Below, one piece after another: positions 21,043 to 31,406 of a stretch of DNA of 64,000 nt. The notes under the pieces are model-generated. The model searched no databases and was not told where the DNA came from. It saw only the letters and a list, made by a program, of their open reading frames with translations. The position numbers and the translations under genes are program-made. Source of the stretch: Nitrospirota bacterium (lineage in GTDB: Bacteria > Nitrospirota > Thermodesulfovibrionia > Thermodesulfovibrionales > Dissulfurispiraceae); NCBI GenBank assembly GCA_040758355.1, contig JBFLWF010000006.1, positions 1 to 64,000 on the forward strand, given 5' to 3'. Within the stretch, counting starts at the first letter, position 1. Each line of letters opens with the position of its first letter.

Positions 21043-22275
21043 TTATCTTGACAGTGCTTGATGCAAAAGATTAATTATGCTACTTGCTACATTTTCCATT
21101 ATAAAATTTTCTGATAATTTGGCGCAATGCTGGCTCCATGTTTCACCAAGATGAGGTTTTTGGAAAAAGTCTACGATAGCCTCGGTTAATGCAGTGGCAT
21201 CGCCGACAGGGACAACTTTACCTGCCTCGAATCTTTCTACCCATGCTGCAATGCCAGCCCCATCGCTTGTAATTGTTGGTGTCCCCACAGCAGCAGCTTC
21301 TACTGTGACCATATTAAGACTCTCACACAGAGTAGGATTTATATGAACATCGGCTGCAATAAGATGCTCAAATACTTCGAGTCCGGAGAGTTTCCCTGAC
21401 ATAAATACAGTGTCTTCAACGGCATGATTGCGCAGTAACGGCAATACCCCCTGTTCAAGCCATGGATCATTAGGACCGCATAATATCCAGCGGCAGGCGG
21501 GAATGTGCTTTAGTACTTCAGGCCATGCTGATGCAAGAACATGAAGTCCTTTCCCCTTGAGATTACTGCTTAATGTGATAATAAGGGGGGTATTTTCAGG
21601 AATTCTGTATCTTTGCCTGATCTTCAGCCGAATCTCTTTTTTATGCAGTAGCACGTTATGCAAATTTTCTGTGGAAGTAACCAGATGTGATGGAACAACA
21701 TGGATTTTGTCAGGATTGGCGCCAAGGGTTATCAACTGGTATTTAAGCAGCGGAGACACGGGTCGTAATATATCAGCACCTTTTATTGGTTGACGCATAA
21801 GCCATGTTACCAATGCTGTGCGACGTTTTCCCACATCTGCTTCCGGACAATCAAGGACATCCCCTCCGATATAGCTGATAAGTAAGGCCGGCTTAAGCAA
21901 TCCGGTTTGCTTGAGAAATACCGCTGGTATGGCATAGGCAAAACCTTCTGAACTGATGACAGCATCCGGCTTGAAGTAATTGACTGCATCCCAAATAACC
22001 CACATGCGATGACCAAGATTCCGGCCGTTGAAGGCACGCTTAAAGAAGCGATCTACAGGCCATGTGATAATTTTTTTCCATCCCTTTTTGGGGTTGTACC
22101 ATAATGTGGCAATGCTGTCGCCATGCTCATGAAAATAATCGGTGATATGGTAAGCAGGGCTGCTCTTTATCCGGTCCTCTTCTAAAACACAGATTTCATG
22201 GCCAAGGTCGCGCAATTTTTTTAGAATTGGATACTCTCCGCTCCATGCGTGGGGGTGTAGATATAGTATTTTCAT
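21043..22275 (-). CDS. Glycosyltransferase family 4
   Basis: KGL, ESLNMVTVEAAAVGTP. Confidence 0.82.
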   Translation of the reverse strand: MKILYLHPHAWSGEYPILKKLRDLGHEICVLEEDRIKSSPAYHITDYFHEHGDSIATLWYNPKKGWKKIITWPVDRFFKRAFNGRNLGHRMWVIWDAVNYFKPDAVISSEGFAYAIPAVFLKQTGLLKPALLISYIGGDVLDCPEADVGKRRTALVTWLMRQPIKGADILRPVSPLLKYQLITLGANPDKIHVVPSHLVTSTENLHNVLLHKKEIRLKIRQRYRIPENTPLIITLSSNLKGKGLHVLASAWPEVLKHIPACRWILCGPNDPWLEQGVLPLLRNHAVEDTVFMSGKLSGLEVFEHLIAADVHINPTLCESLNMVTVEAAAVGTPTITSDGAGIAAWVERFEAGKVVPVGDATALTEAIVDFFQKPHLGETWSQHCAKLSENFIMENVASSIINLLHQALSR

Positions 22276-24170
22276 ATATTTACCTTGTGCTGGCTTATCC
22301 ATTCAGCTAAAACCAAAAGCGGCCATAATTGCTTGCTGTGGGATGCATGCCCGGAAAGATGCTCATCAAGGTATTTTTTCACAATATCACGACGTATCCA
22401 CTTGTCAAGCGTCTTTTCCTCCAGAAGTCTCTGATGCAAAAGGGAGGATATATCTTTTTTAATCCATGACGGCATTGGCGCTGAGAACCCCATTTTGCCA
22501 CGCCGTGTAAAGCCTTCGGGCAGCCACTCTTTAAACGCCTCTTTAAGCAAATATTTGTGACCTCTGGGCGGCTTTAGTTTATAGTGCCACGGAAGCGAGG
22601 CTACAAATTCAATAAGCACATGGTCCAGAAAAGGCGAACGGCATTCAAGGGAGTTCAACATGCTGCAGATATCCACCTTGAAGAGGATGTCTTCAGGCAG
22701 GTATGTGGTCATGTCCACATACAGATAGCGGTTTATTCCGACGGCGCTTCGAGCCTTTTCAAAGCGACTTTCGAGATAGCCGGAGGTCACCGATTGCTGT
22801 ATCCGCGATTGAAGTTCCGGCATGAGCAGTTCTGTTTTTGCCCTGTCCGGATAAAAGGCGAGTAAATGTTTATAACGATCGATGCCCTTCATCGTCAATA
22901 TCTCATCCGCACGGCTGGCTGGAAATGCCTTGCGGCCTTTTCCGGGATGGAGGATATTTTCTATGCCGGTAGTAAGTTTTCGCATGCCTCGCCATAACGG
23001 CAGAAGTTTCAGCCTTTCAATCCTATCTATAAGATCTGCCTGATAAAACCGCTTGTACCCTGCAAACACTTCGTCACCGCCGTCTCCGGTTAGCGCAACG
23101 GTTACCTGTGTGCGTGCAAATTGCGAAACATAAAATGTTGGGATAGCAGAGTTGTCAGCCAGCGGCTCTCCAAAGTGTTGTACCAGTCTGGGAAGAATCG
23201 AGACAGCATCTGGATGCACGATCATCTCGTGATGGTCTGTCCCGAAATGCTGTGCAATAGTTCCGGCGTATGGCAGTTCGTTAAATTTTTCATCCTCAAA
23301 GCCGATGGCAAATGTCTTGAGAGGACTTACGCCCAAATGAGCCATTGCTGCAACAGTAATGCTCGAATCTATCCCTCCGGACAGAAACGCACCGAGCGGC
23401 ACATCGCTGATAAGGCGTATGCGCGTGGCCTCAAGAAATTTTTCCCTCAATGCCTCGCAAGCATCGTTAAAAGACAACTTGCTTCTCCTTGAATGGTCGA
23501 TATCCCAGTATCTCCATATCTTGTTTATGCGTCCGCCTTTCACTACCATGGCATGGGCGGGCTGCAATTTTCTTACAGCGGCAAAGGCAGACATTGGAGA
23601 AGGGATATACTGGAATGTGAGATAATGGTCTATGGCTGTATAGTCTGGATCTCGCGGGAGTGCGGGATAAAGGGAGAAAAGAGCACCAATCTCGGATGCA
23701 AAAATAAATCCCTGCGGTATTTCGGCATATACAAGCGGCTTGACACCCAGACGGTCGCGCGCAATGGATAAGGTCTGTTCTTTATTGTCCCATACAGCGA
23801 AGGAGAACATGCCGCGCAGTTGGGCAAGGCATCTCTCAAACCCTTTCCGAACAAAAAGGCGCAGTAACACCTCGGTATCCGAGGTGGTGGAGAAAAACTC
23901 TCCTTCTTTTTCCAATTTAATTTTCAGTTCAGGGAAGTTATATATCTCACCATTAAATACTATTACATAGCGACCGTCGGGGCTTGCCATGGGCTGTCTG
24001 CCTCCGGAAAGATCGATGATGCTCAGGCGGGCATGTCCCAGACCCGCGCCTTCACATTTCCATATGCCTTTCTCGTCAGGCCCGCGATGACGCAACCAAC
24101 GGAGTGCTTCATCAAGAAGCATCTGTTCGCCTTGAGAATCTCTAAGAACGTATCCAACTATGCCGCACAT
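22272..24170 (-). CDS. asnB: Asparagine synthase (glutamine-hydrolysing) family amidotransferase, probably glycan-modifying
   Basis: MCGIVG, HRGPD, FNGEIYN, RDRLGVKPL, LSGGIDSS, GDGGDEVFAGY. Confidence 0.93.
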   Translation of the reverse strand: MCGIVGYVLRDSQGEQMLLDEALRWLRHRGPDEKGIWKCEGAGLGHARLSIIDLSGGRQPMASPDGRYVIVFNGEIYNFPELKIKLEKEGEFFSTTSDTEVLLRLFVRKGFERCLAQLRGMFSFAVWDNKEQTLSIARDRLGVKPLVYAEIPQGFIFASEIGALFSLYPALPRDPDYTAIDHYLTFQYIPSPMSAFAAVRKLQPAHAMVVKGGRINKIWRYWDIDHSRRSKLSFNDACEALREKFLEATRIRLISDVPLGAFLSGGIDSSITVAAMAHLGVSPLKTFAIGFEDEKFNELPYAGTIAQHFGTDHHEMIVHPDAVSILPRLVQHFGEPLADNSAIPTFYVSQFARTQVTVALTGDGGDEVFAGYKRFYQADLIDRIERLKLLPLWRGMRKLTTGIENILHPGKGRKAFPASRADEILTMKGIDRYKHLLAFYPDRAKTELLMPELQSRIQQSVTSGYLESRFEKARSAVGINRYLYVDMTTYLPEDILFKVDICSMLNSLECRSPFLDHVLIEFVASLPWHYKLKPPRGHKYLLKEAFKEWLPEGFTRRGKMGFSAPMPSWIKKDISSLLHQRLLEEKTLDKWIRRDIVKKYLDEHLSGHASHSKQLWPLLVLAEWISQHKVNI

Positions 24171-25273
24171 CGGTTCCTTCCTTCTATGAACAGGTTTTCC
24201 AATTGCCGGGCATTGGCATTCCATGTGAAATGCTGCACAGCGCGATCACGTGCATTTATGCCCATTTCTCTCATGCGATCCGGCTGTTTCAGCAGTGTTT
24301 GCACAGCGATTCTCCACGCTTCGGTATCGCCAACAGGCAGCAGTAACCCTGTCTCTCCATCGATTACAATCTCGGTCATCCCGCCATTTCTTGAGGCACA
24401 AACAGGAACGCCGCAGGCCATGGCTTCCACAACGCTTATACCAAAGGCCTCTTCGCCTATGGATGGTTGAACGAATATATCTGCCTGCCTCAACAGTTCA
24501 GGAAGGTCTCTGTGAGGAACCATTCCTAAAAAGTGCACCCTGTCAGAAACCCCGAGTTGTTCTGCCCGCCTACGAAGGGCAGAGCTTTCCGGCCCGTCTC
24601 CAATGACTATATAATGTACAGACTCGATGGAAGGAAGCATGTCAATTATGATATGCAGCCCTTTCCATCCCACTAAACGGCCCACACTCATTAAGAGACG
24701 GCTTTCTGAATGGATTCCGAACTTCTCTTTAATTTCAGAGTGTCCTTTTTCTGGATAGAAGGCGTCGGTGTCCACGCCGTTGTGGATTACTGTTGGATCA
24801 TGATCGTAACGCTCCTTGATTTGCAGGGCATTGTAACGGCTAGCAGACACCCATATATCCACTGCACGTGCAAACAATCTGTCGCCTAAGAAAAAGTCTG
24901 TGCCTCCTGAGCGAAATATGACTCTGGCGCTTAAACCCTTCCTTTTTGCCCACCACATTACAGGGAAATCAAAAGGCTTGTTAATGACTATAATATCATA
25001 CCCGCCTTCCAACAGATGGCGCCTTGCATAACAGCCAAATGATAGGCGCTCCATAAGCTTCTGAAACCGCGTGCCGAATTTTGGGAACATAGAACGCTCC
25101 TGAAAGGGAAACTGGATCAGCTTTACATCGGTGCATCTCTGACTGCCTCCGGTACCGGCTACTATTGTTACTTCATGCCCTCTTTTCGATAATGCGCGGC
25201 CTGTTTCCCAGCAGTATGTCTCGAGACCGCCTGATTTATGGCTGGCGGTTACATTGTAGAAGCATATTTTCAT
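24158..25273 (-). CDS. Glycosyltransferase family 4
   Basis: GGLE, HNGVD, VGRLVGWKG, EAFGISVVEAMACG. Confidence 0.92.
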   Translation of the reverse strand: MKICFYNVTASHKSGGLETYCWETGRALSKRGHEVTIVAGTGGSQRCTDVKLIQFPFQERSMFPKFGTRFQKLMERLSFGCYARRHLLEGGYDIIVINKPFDFPVMWWAKRKGLSARVIFRSGGTDFFLGDRLFARAVDIWVSASRYNALQIKERYDHDPTVIHNGVDTDAFYPEKGHSEIKEKFGIHSESRLLMSVGRLVGWKGLHIIIDMLPSIESVHYIVIGDGPESSALRRRAEQLGVSDRVHFLGMVPHRDLPELLRQADIFVQPSIGEEAFGISVVEAMACGVPVCASRNGGMTEIVIDGETGLLLPVGDTEAWRIAVQTLLKQPDRMREMGINARDRAVQHFTWNANARQLENLFIEGRNRCAA

Positions 25274-25337
25274 GACACGCTCAAAAATTTATCATAAAGG
25301 CTAAAATATTTTTTACAATTTGCTCTTAAGTTTTGCA

Positions 25338-26495
25338 TTAGTTGCCTACGATTAATTTGGAATAGAGTTTTTCTGTCTCGGAAACTACATGCTCCCATGA
25401 GAATCTATCCTCTACGGTCTTCCTGCCAGCATGGCTAACGCTTTCTTTTAAACGTTTATCCGAGATGAGAGACTCTATTCTTTTAGCTATATCTTCTGCA
25501 AAGTCATCTTCTCTTATGAAAAATCCATTAAATCCATCAATAATATATTCTTTTAATCCGCCTTTTTGGGAGGCCACAACTGGCAAGCCTGTTGCCATGG
25601 CTTCGATGGCAACCATAGAGAATGGTTCATTAAAATTCGAAGGCAGAACAATAGCATCTCCCAAAAGGTACAGCAAATGGATTTTTGATGGAGGGAATAC
25701 TCCAAAAAATATTATCCTGTCTCTAAGAGGCGCTGCCATTCGCATCATTTCTTCTGCATAACTTTTCCTGCCGCCTTTTTCCGAGATTTCTCCTATAACA
25801 AGGAAGCGGGTTTTTTTTAAGCCCTTAAGCATAAGCGCGCTCTTTATAAAGTGTTCTACTCCCTTCTCAGGGGATATCCTGCCTACGAAAAGAACCACGA
25901 ACTCATCTTTATGTATCCCGAACCTGTTGCGTATGTCTTCCCTTAAACCATGTGCTTCCCAATATGGATTAAATCTTTTTAAATCTACGCCGTTATATAT
26001 ACAGCAATAATGTTTTGCCTTTACCGCAGTGCCCTTGTATGAGTCGACAATAAAGTTGCTGCACCCTGCAAAGGCATCAACTTCTATGCCGTTTGTTACT
26101 GCGACCTCGTTGTGCATGTGCAGAATTGTCTTGACGCTATTCTTATTTAAATTCTTAACCAAAGGGTCGAACCATCTTATGAAGTTATGCATGTGTACTA
26201 TATCAGGCCTGACGTCATGTATAACTCTGGCAACCCTTTTGGGATAGGATAATGGATCCACCCTTGTAATTTTTTGGAAAAGTCTTTTATAGAGCCGACT
26301 AAAATGTATTCTGTGGAAAAAAATGTCATCTTTATATTCCTTATCAGGGTAGAATGGATGCGAAATGGATACAATATGAGGTTCAAATCCTATGAATCTT
26401 TTTGATACCTCATACATCCATGTTTCTACCGCTGCCCCCTTGAGGGGGGGATTGGGGTGAATAGGCCCTGAAACCATCAGCACCTTTTTACGCAT
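25338..26495 (-). CDS. Glycosyltransferase family 4
   Basis: YNGVD, VGRISPEKG, EPFSMVAIEAMATG. Confidence 0.92.
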   Translation of the reverse strand: MRKKVLMVSGPIHPNPPLKGAAVETWMYEVSKRFIGFEPHIVSISHPFYPDKEYKDDIFFHRIHFSRLYKRLFQKITRVDPLSYPKRVARVIHDVRPDIVHMHNFIRWFDPLVKNLNKNSVKTILHMHNEVAVTNGIEVDAFAGCSNFIVDSYKGTAVKAKHYCCIYNGVDLKRFNPYWEAHGLREDIRNRFGIHKDEFVVLFVGRISPEKGVEHFIKSALMLKGLKKTRFLVIGEISEKGGRKSYAEEMMRMAAPLRDRIIFFGVFPPSKIHLLYLLGDAIVLPSNFNEPFSMVAIEAMATGLPVVASQKGGLKEYIIDGFNGFFIREDDFAEDIAKRIESLISDKRLKESVSHAGRKTVEDRFSWEHVVSETEKLYSKLIVGN

Positions 26496-26584
26496 TACTT
26501 ATATTCCTCGTAACCTTTCCAGAGACAATATCCATGTTCTGATATTTCTACTGTTTAATTTAACAGGATTATAAATGGCTGCCG

Positions 26585-27697
26585 TCATGCTAAAAACTCA
26601 CTTACTGACTTAAATGCCTCATCTGTAGAAATTAATCCCATACAAAAAGGTTTTTTGCATTGTTTTGAAATGCATGGATTACATGGCCTGTCTTTTTGTA
26701 TTACTTTATGCAGGTGTATATCCTGAAGAGGACCTACCCCCCAGGCATTTGTAGGACAGAACATGGATACGGTTCTTGTGCGGAGGGCGATTGCCATATG
26801 CATTGCGCCTGTGTCGTTAGTTACAAGGACGGTTAGTTTTTTAATTAAAGCAGTTAGTTGTTTTAAAGACAATCTGCCCGCTATGGATAAGGCGCGATCC
26901 CCTATAGACTTTGCTATAAAATTGCATAAATCTTTTTCATCCCTTGATCCAATCACCATAATATTTATGTTTGGTTTGTATTGCAGCAGTCTTTTCCCGA
27001 GTTCTATAAATTTTGTTTCCGGCCACATCTTGAATTTTGTGGCTGCACCTGCCTGAAAGCCCACAATCAGGTCTTGACCGATTATATTAGCACTTTCTAA
27101 GAAGTTATCGATGAAATATTCCGCATTCTTATCCACGATAAGTACCATCTCTTTGTTTTGTCCATTGCATCCTGCAAACGAAGCAGTCTTTAGTCTCACA
27201 TCAATGGCATGGTGGTTCCATGGATTATCAAAACCGCTATCGGTATTGCTTAATAAGAATTCATACTGTTTGGGTATTGGAATTTTATATATAAATTTAG
27301 CTCCTGAAAGGTATGCCATTGGCGTTGCCTGCGGCTCATTGCCGTGAAATATCAAAACGAGGTCGAATTTGTGCTTACGAAATTCTTTGACGGTTTTGAA
27401 GAACTTTTTGTACCCACCGTAGTATGGAATTATTCCATCTATATGAGGATTATTTTCGAAGAGTTCCATGTTTTTTGCATTGAAGTGCCCGATAATTTTT
27501 GCATGAGGATACTGCTCCCTTACTGCCCGAATGGCAGGAGTCGATAGAAGGGTATCTCCTATTGCGGTCGATGATACTACAAGGATATTTTTAATTTTGT
27601 CAGGATTGAGGTCTTTTATATCGGCCTTTCTTTTGTCCAGAGACCTCAGAAGTTTCGTGAATAAAAATATCAGGCTGTCAAAGGGGTTAATTTTCAT
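26585..27697 (-). CDS. Glycosyltransferase family 9
   Basis: AIGDTLLSTP, KMWP, NDTGAMHMA. Confidence 0.9.
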   Translation of the reverse strand: MKINPFDSLIFLFTKLLRSLDKRKADIKDLNPDKIKNILVVSSTAIGDTLLSTPAIRAVREQYPHAKIIGHFNAKNMELFENNPHIDGIIPYYGGYKKFFKTVKEFRKHKFDLVLIFHGNEPQATPMAYLSGAKFIYKIPIPKQYEFLLSNTDSGFDNPWNHHAIDVRLKTASFAGCNGQNKEMVLIVDKNAEYFIDNFLESANIIGQDLIVGFQAGAATKFKMWPETKFIELGKRLLQYKPNINIMVIGSRDEKDLCNFIAKSIGDRALSIAGRLSLKQLTALIKKLTVLVTNDTGAMHMAIALRTRTVSMFCPTNAWGVGPLQDIHLHKVIQKDRPCNPCISKQCKKPFCMGLISTDEAFKSVSEFLA

Positions 27698-28476
27698 TTC
27701 TTTATTTTAAGGTAAATCGAGGAAAGAATTGTATCTGTATATATTAACATCCTTTTTTTAAACCACGCAACATTGTCTTTGACCACAATGCGATTGATTG
27801 CAAATGGGTTGGAGTCTTTTTTTACAACCCCGTGCTTTGTTGTAAATATTGCCTTATAGCCTGCCGCTCTTGCAACTTGTAAGGCTGTATCACTATAGCT
27901 GCCGTAAGGCCAGCACAAGTAAGGGCATGGTTTGTTTAGCTTCTCTTCGATAATCTTTTTAGATTCTCCGAGTTCTTCCAAAAGTTCATTCTCTGATAGA
28001 CCGTTACACTTTGCATGACTTCTTGTATGAGAATAAAATTCCACAAGATCGCTGTCTGACATCTCCTTTATGATATCCCAGTTAAGTACAACTCTATAAT
28101 CCTCATTTTTCTCTATGAGCAGTTTTGATTCATTATGGTTTGGAACGGAAGCAGGGATCACCGTCTTATTTTTAGAAGCCCTCTCTGTCCTGTCTGTAAT
28201 CACAAAGATGGTCGCGTTGATCTTGTATTTTTTTATTACAGGAAAGGCATATATATAATTGTCGAGCCATGCGTCATCAAAGGTAACAACTACCGATTTT
28301 TCTTTAATGGTTAATTTTCCACTTATAAAATCCAGCAATTCATCTATTTTTAATGTCCTGTATCCAGATTTATACAAATACTCCATCTGCCCTTCGAAGA
28401 CCTCAGGGGTTACAGTGACCATATCTCCTTTATGGGGATTGATGTGGTGATACATTAATACCGGAATAGGTTTCAC
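27694..28476 (-). CDS. Polysaccharide deacetylase family protein
   Basis: VLMYHH, TFDDA, SHTRSH, WPYG. Confidence 0.9.
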   Translation of the reverse strand: MKPIPVLMYHHINPHKGDMVTVTPEVFEGQMEYLYKSGYRTLKIDELLDFISGKLTIKEKSVVVTFDDAWLDNYIYAFPVIKKYKINATIFVITDRTERASKNKTVIPASVPNHNESKLLIEKNEDYRVVLNWDIIKEMSDSDLVEFYSHTRSHAKCNGLSENELLEELGESKKIIEEKLNKPCPYLCWPYGSYSDTALQVARAAGYKAIFTTKHGVVKKDSNPFAINRIVVKDNVAWFKKRMLIYTDTILSSIYLKIKK

Positions 28477-29567
28477 GAGGTTTTATCCTTTAAAAGGGAT
28501 GAATAAAGGGCATACATCTTCTCGCACATCTTTTCTACGGTATAATTTTGCTCAGCAATTTTTCTCCCTTCTATGCCCATGATGTTCAGTTTCTCTTTAT
28601 CCTGAAGCGCCATGATGATTGCATCCGCTAATGCATGGGGATTATCAGGTTCTACCAGATAGCCATTTATGCCTTCTTTTATTACTTCGTTTACTCCACC
28701 GACATCTGCTCCTATGACCGGCTTTTCCATTGCCATTGCCTCTATAAATGATGTCCCGAGGGCCTCCTGTAGGGTAGGGAGAACGAAGATATCTATGGAT
28801 TTAAGGATATCGGGAATATCTTTTCTAAGGCCGAGCATGAATACCCTGCCGGTTAGCCCCAAGTCTTCTATTTTGTCAGCAATGTTTTTTTTCTGCGGAC
28901 CATCGCCTGCAAAGACAAAAACAGCATCCGGAATTTTTTCCAGTATCAAAGGAATTGCATCGAGCAGTATATGATGTCCCTTCTTCTTTCTTAAGATTGC
29001 AATTGTTCCAACCAGCGGAATCTCTGGTTTCAGTCCCAATTCTTGTTTCAGTTTTCCATTAACCATCTCTGGATCGAACCTGCTTGTATCAATGCCTGTT
29101 GGAATGGCAGTCACCTTCTCCATGGGGATGCTCTTTTTAATTAAGTAGTTCCTGACATATTCGCTGACCGTGACAACCTTGTGTGGAAGCACACTGTATG
29201 TAATCTTTGACGTTATGGGCAGGGCAAGATGCCGCGTCCTGACTATTACGGGTTTTCTTGTTGATAGCCTTCCTGCAATGCCTGCAAGGAGACTGTCCTT
29301 TCCGCTGTGGGTATTTATTACGTTAATGTTTTCGTCTTTAATCAACTTCAGGATATATTGTATGGCGCGGATGTCATAACTCTTTTTCATAGTGCATGTC
29401 CGTACTTCGATGCCTTCTGCAACAGCCCTCCTGCTCAGGGAGCTGTCAGGCTGACACAGAATAATTACCCTTGCACCAAGTTTCTTCATGCCTCTGGATT
29501 CCTGGAGAGTCCTGTTTTCCTGACCTCCCCAGCCTGTGGACGATTCTGTATGGAGTATGGTGAGCAT
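28473..29567 (-). CDS. Glycosyltransferase family 4
   Basis: HTESSTGWGGQE, KKGH, EALGTSFIEAMA. Confidence 0.92.
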   Translation of the reverse strand: MLTILHTESSTGWGGQENRTLQESRGMKKLGARVIILCQPDSSLSRRAVAEGIEVRTCTMKKSYDIRAIQYILKLIKDENINVINTHSGKDSLLAGIAGRLSTRKPVIVRTRHLALPITSKITYSVLPHKVVTVSEYVRNYLIKKSIPMEKVTAIPTGIDTSRFDPEMVNGKLKQELGLKPEIPLVGTIAILRKKKGHHILLDAIPLILEKIPDAVFVFAGDGPQKKNIADKIEDLGLTGRVFMLGLRKDIPDILKSIDIFVLPTLQEALGTSFIEAMAMEKPVIGADVGGVNEVIKEGINGYLVEPDNPHALADAIIMALQDKEKLNIMGIEGRKIAEQNYTVEKMCEKMYALYSSLLKDKTS

Positions 29568-29574
29568 AATCCCC

Positions 29575-30261
29575 TTAAGCTGTTTTAATGCCACAGATGA
29601 TTATGTGGTCGCCTGTCAGAAGTTCTCTGGATGCCAGTTTTTTAATGAGATATCCCCTATCGTTATCGTCATTTTTATTAAAGAGCGATCCGATGAGATA
29701 GAGAGCCTTTAGAATGGGATAAAGCCACAAGCCCTTTAACCTTGTCCCCGAGGCTATAACGTGTCTTGGCTCAAAGCCTGACTTTTTCATTAATTGAAAT
29801 ATCTCGACAAAGGAAATCGGGTTATAAGCAAGGAAGCTCCACTCTTTGTAGCATCGCCCTGCCTTGTATGGCTTAAAATGCGGAAAGTATCCCCGGCGTA
29901 AAAAAAACAACCTGGATGACACTGAAAGCATATTAGGCAGGCTGATTATGAGCATGCCTTCCTTTTTTAAAACTCTATGGAATTCAGAAAAGACGTGCTT
30001 GTGATTTTCAACATATTGTAAAGATTCACTGCACACTAAAAAATCAACAGCCTCCTCTTTAAAAGGCAAAAAATGGTTGATATCCGCCTTTACGAATTTT
30101 TTTTTGTTTGCAGGAGAGTCATATCTGTCCATAAAAAAGACCTCAAACCTCATATCTTCAAGGGCTGATCCCAATTCACCCTTGCCGCAGGCAGCATCCA
30201 ACAGATAACCCTTCTTTTCTTTTCTAAGGAGTTCACATATTTTTTGGTGCTCAAGTCTCAT
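29575..30261 (-). CDS. Class I SAM-dependent methyltransferase
   Basis: LDAACGKG, RVLKKEGMLIISLPN. Confidence 0.85.
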   Translation of the reverse strand: MRLEHQKICELLRKEKKGYLLDAACGKGELGSALEDMRFEVFFMDRYDSPANKKKFVKADINHFLPFKEEAVDFLVCSESLQYVENHKHVFSEFHRVLKKEGMLIISLPNMLSVSSRLFFLRRGYFPHFKPYKAGRCYKEWSFLAYNPISFVEIFQLMKKSGFEPRHVIASGTRLKGLWLYPILKALYLIGSLFNKNDDNDRGYLIKKLASRELLTGDHIIICGIKTA

Positions 30262-31406
30262 TGTGTTTTCAGTCTTTTTATCAAGATATCTTTAATTTCG
30301 GCTGGTTTTATGTCTTCAAGGCATCTGCTTATTTTACTTCCATTGCATCCGTCTTTTCCACAGGGTATACAATCCCAATCCCTTTGGATAACAGTATGCA
30401 TTCCGAATGTTTGTATTCCATTCCTGTTGGAGTAGGAGTTTTCAAGATTTGAGATTTGAAATTTGAGATTTGAAATTTTATTGTCCCACGGCCCCCAGTT
30501 GAATGCACCGCTTGGGCCGAACAGGGCAACAACAGGCGTTTCAACTGCCGCGGCAATATGCATGGGTGCAGAGTCGACGCCGAAGAATAAATCGGAAATT
30601 TCCGATAGTGCGCCGAGCTGCTTTATTGTTGTTTTTCCGCAGAGGTCTATTAACCGTAAATCGGGACTGTCCCCGACTAAAGATAGAATTCTCCTCGCCT
30701 TTTCCATTTCTCGCCTGTCAGGGGATGATGTAAATATTACTGTATTTCCACTATCAAGCAACCATCTTGTTATTTCAGCCATATGCTCATCATTCCAGCA
30801 CTTAAAGAGCCATCTTGAAGTTGGGTGAATATGTACAATGCCTGCATTTTTATCCACGCTGTTTTCTTTAAGGATGTTTTTTGCAAATGCCTTGTCCTCT
30901 TCAGGAATATAGAAATCCACGGATAGGTCTTCTGTATTTATTCCAAATCCTTTCACAACATCGAGGTTTTGGAATACCATGTGTCTGTTCCCGTCAGGCT
31001 CCGACAGATGCGTATAGATTGACTGTTTCCCCAAAAAGCCCTTTTTAGATTTCCAGCCAAGTCTATATTTTGCGCCTGATGTAAATGATAATATTGCAGC
31101 CCTATCTCCGCCGGTGAGGTCGACTGTCATATCAAAACCATTTACTCTGATATTTTTGAGAAAGGCCATTTCTTTTGCATATCGCCTTATAGGCGAGAGT
31201 CTTTTTATGCTTCTGTCCATGACGAGTATTTCATCTATCAGCGGGTTCCCCTTCAGGACATCCTCTGTGCCGGAATTTACAAGGGCTGTTATGTGTGCAT
31301 CGGGAAACGTCTCCTTTAATGCCCTGAATACAGGAACAGCAAGAAGCACATCGCCGATATGTCTGAGTTTTATAACAAGTATTTTTTTTATGCCGGCGAA
31401 ATTCAT
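30258..31406 (-). CDS. LPS heptosyltransferase III-like (GT9, RfaQ/WaaQ family)
   Basis: KLRHIGDVLL, HPTSRWLFKCW, VDSAPMHIAAA. Confidence 0.9.
   Translation of the reverse strand: MNFAGIKKILVIKLRHIGDVLLAVPVFRALKETFPDAHITALVNSGTEDVLKGNPLIDEILVMDRSIKRLSPIRRYAKEMAFLKNIRVNGFDMTVDLTGGDRAAILSFTSGAKYRLGWKSKKGFLGKQSIYTHLSEPDGNRHMVFQNLDVVKGFGINTEDLSVDFYIPEEDKAFAKNILKENSVDKNAGIVHIHPTSRWLFKCWNDEHMAEITRWLLDSGNTVIFTSSPDRREMEKARRILSLVGDSPDLRLIDLCGKTTIKQLGALSEISDLFFGVDSAPMHIAAAVETPVVALFGPSGAFNWGPWDNKISNLKFQISNLENSYSNRNGIQTFGMHTVIQRDWDCIPCGKDGCNGSKISRCLEDIKPAEIKDILIKRLKTQ
30445..30478. repeat. Heptamer repeat (A[G/A]ATTTG)n inside the GT9 gene
   Basis: Encodes KISNLKFQISNL. Confidence 0.8.
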
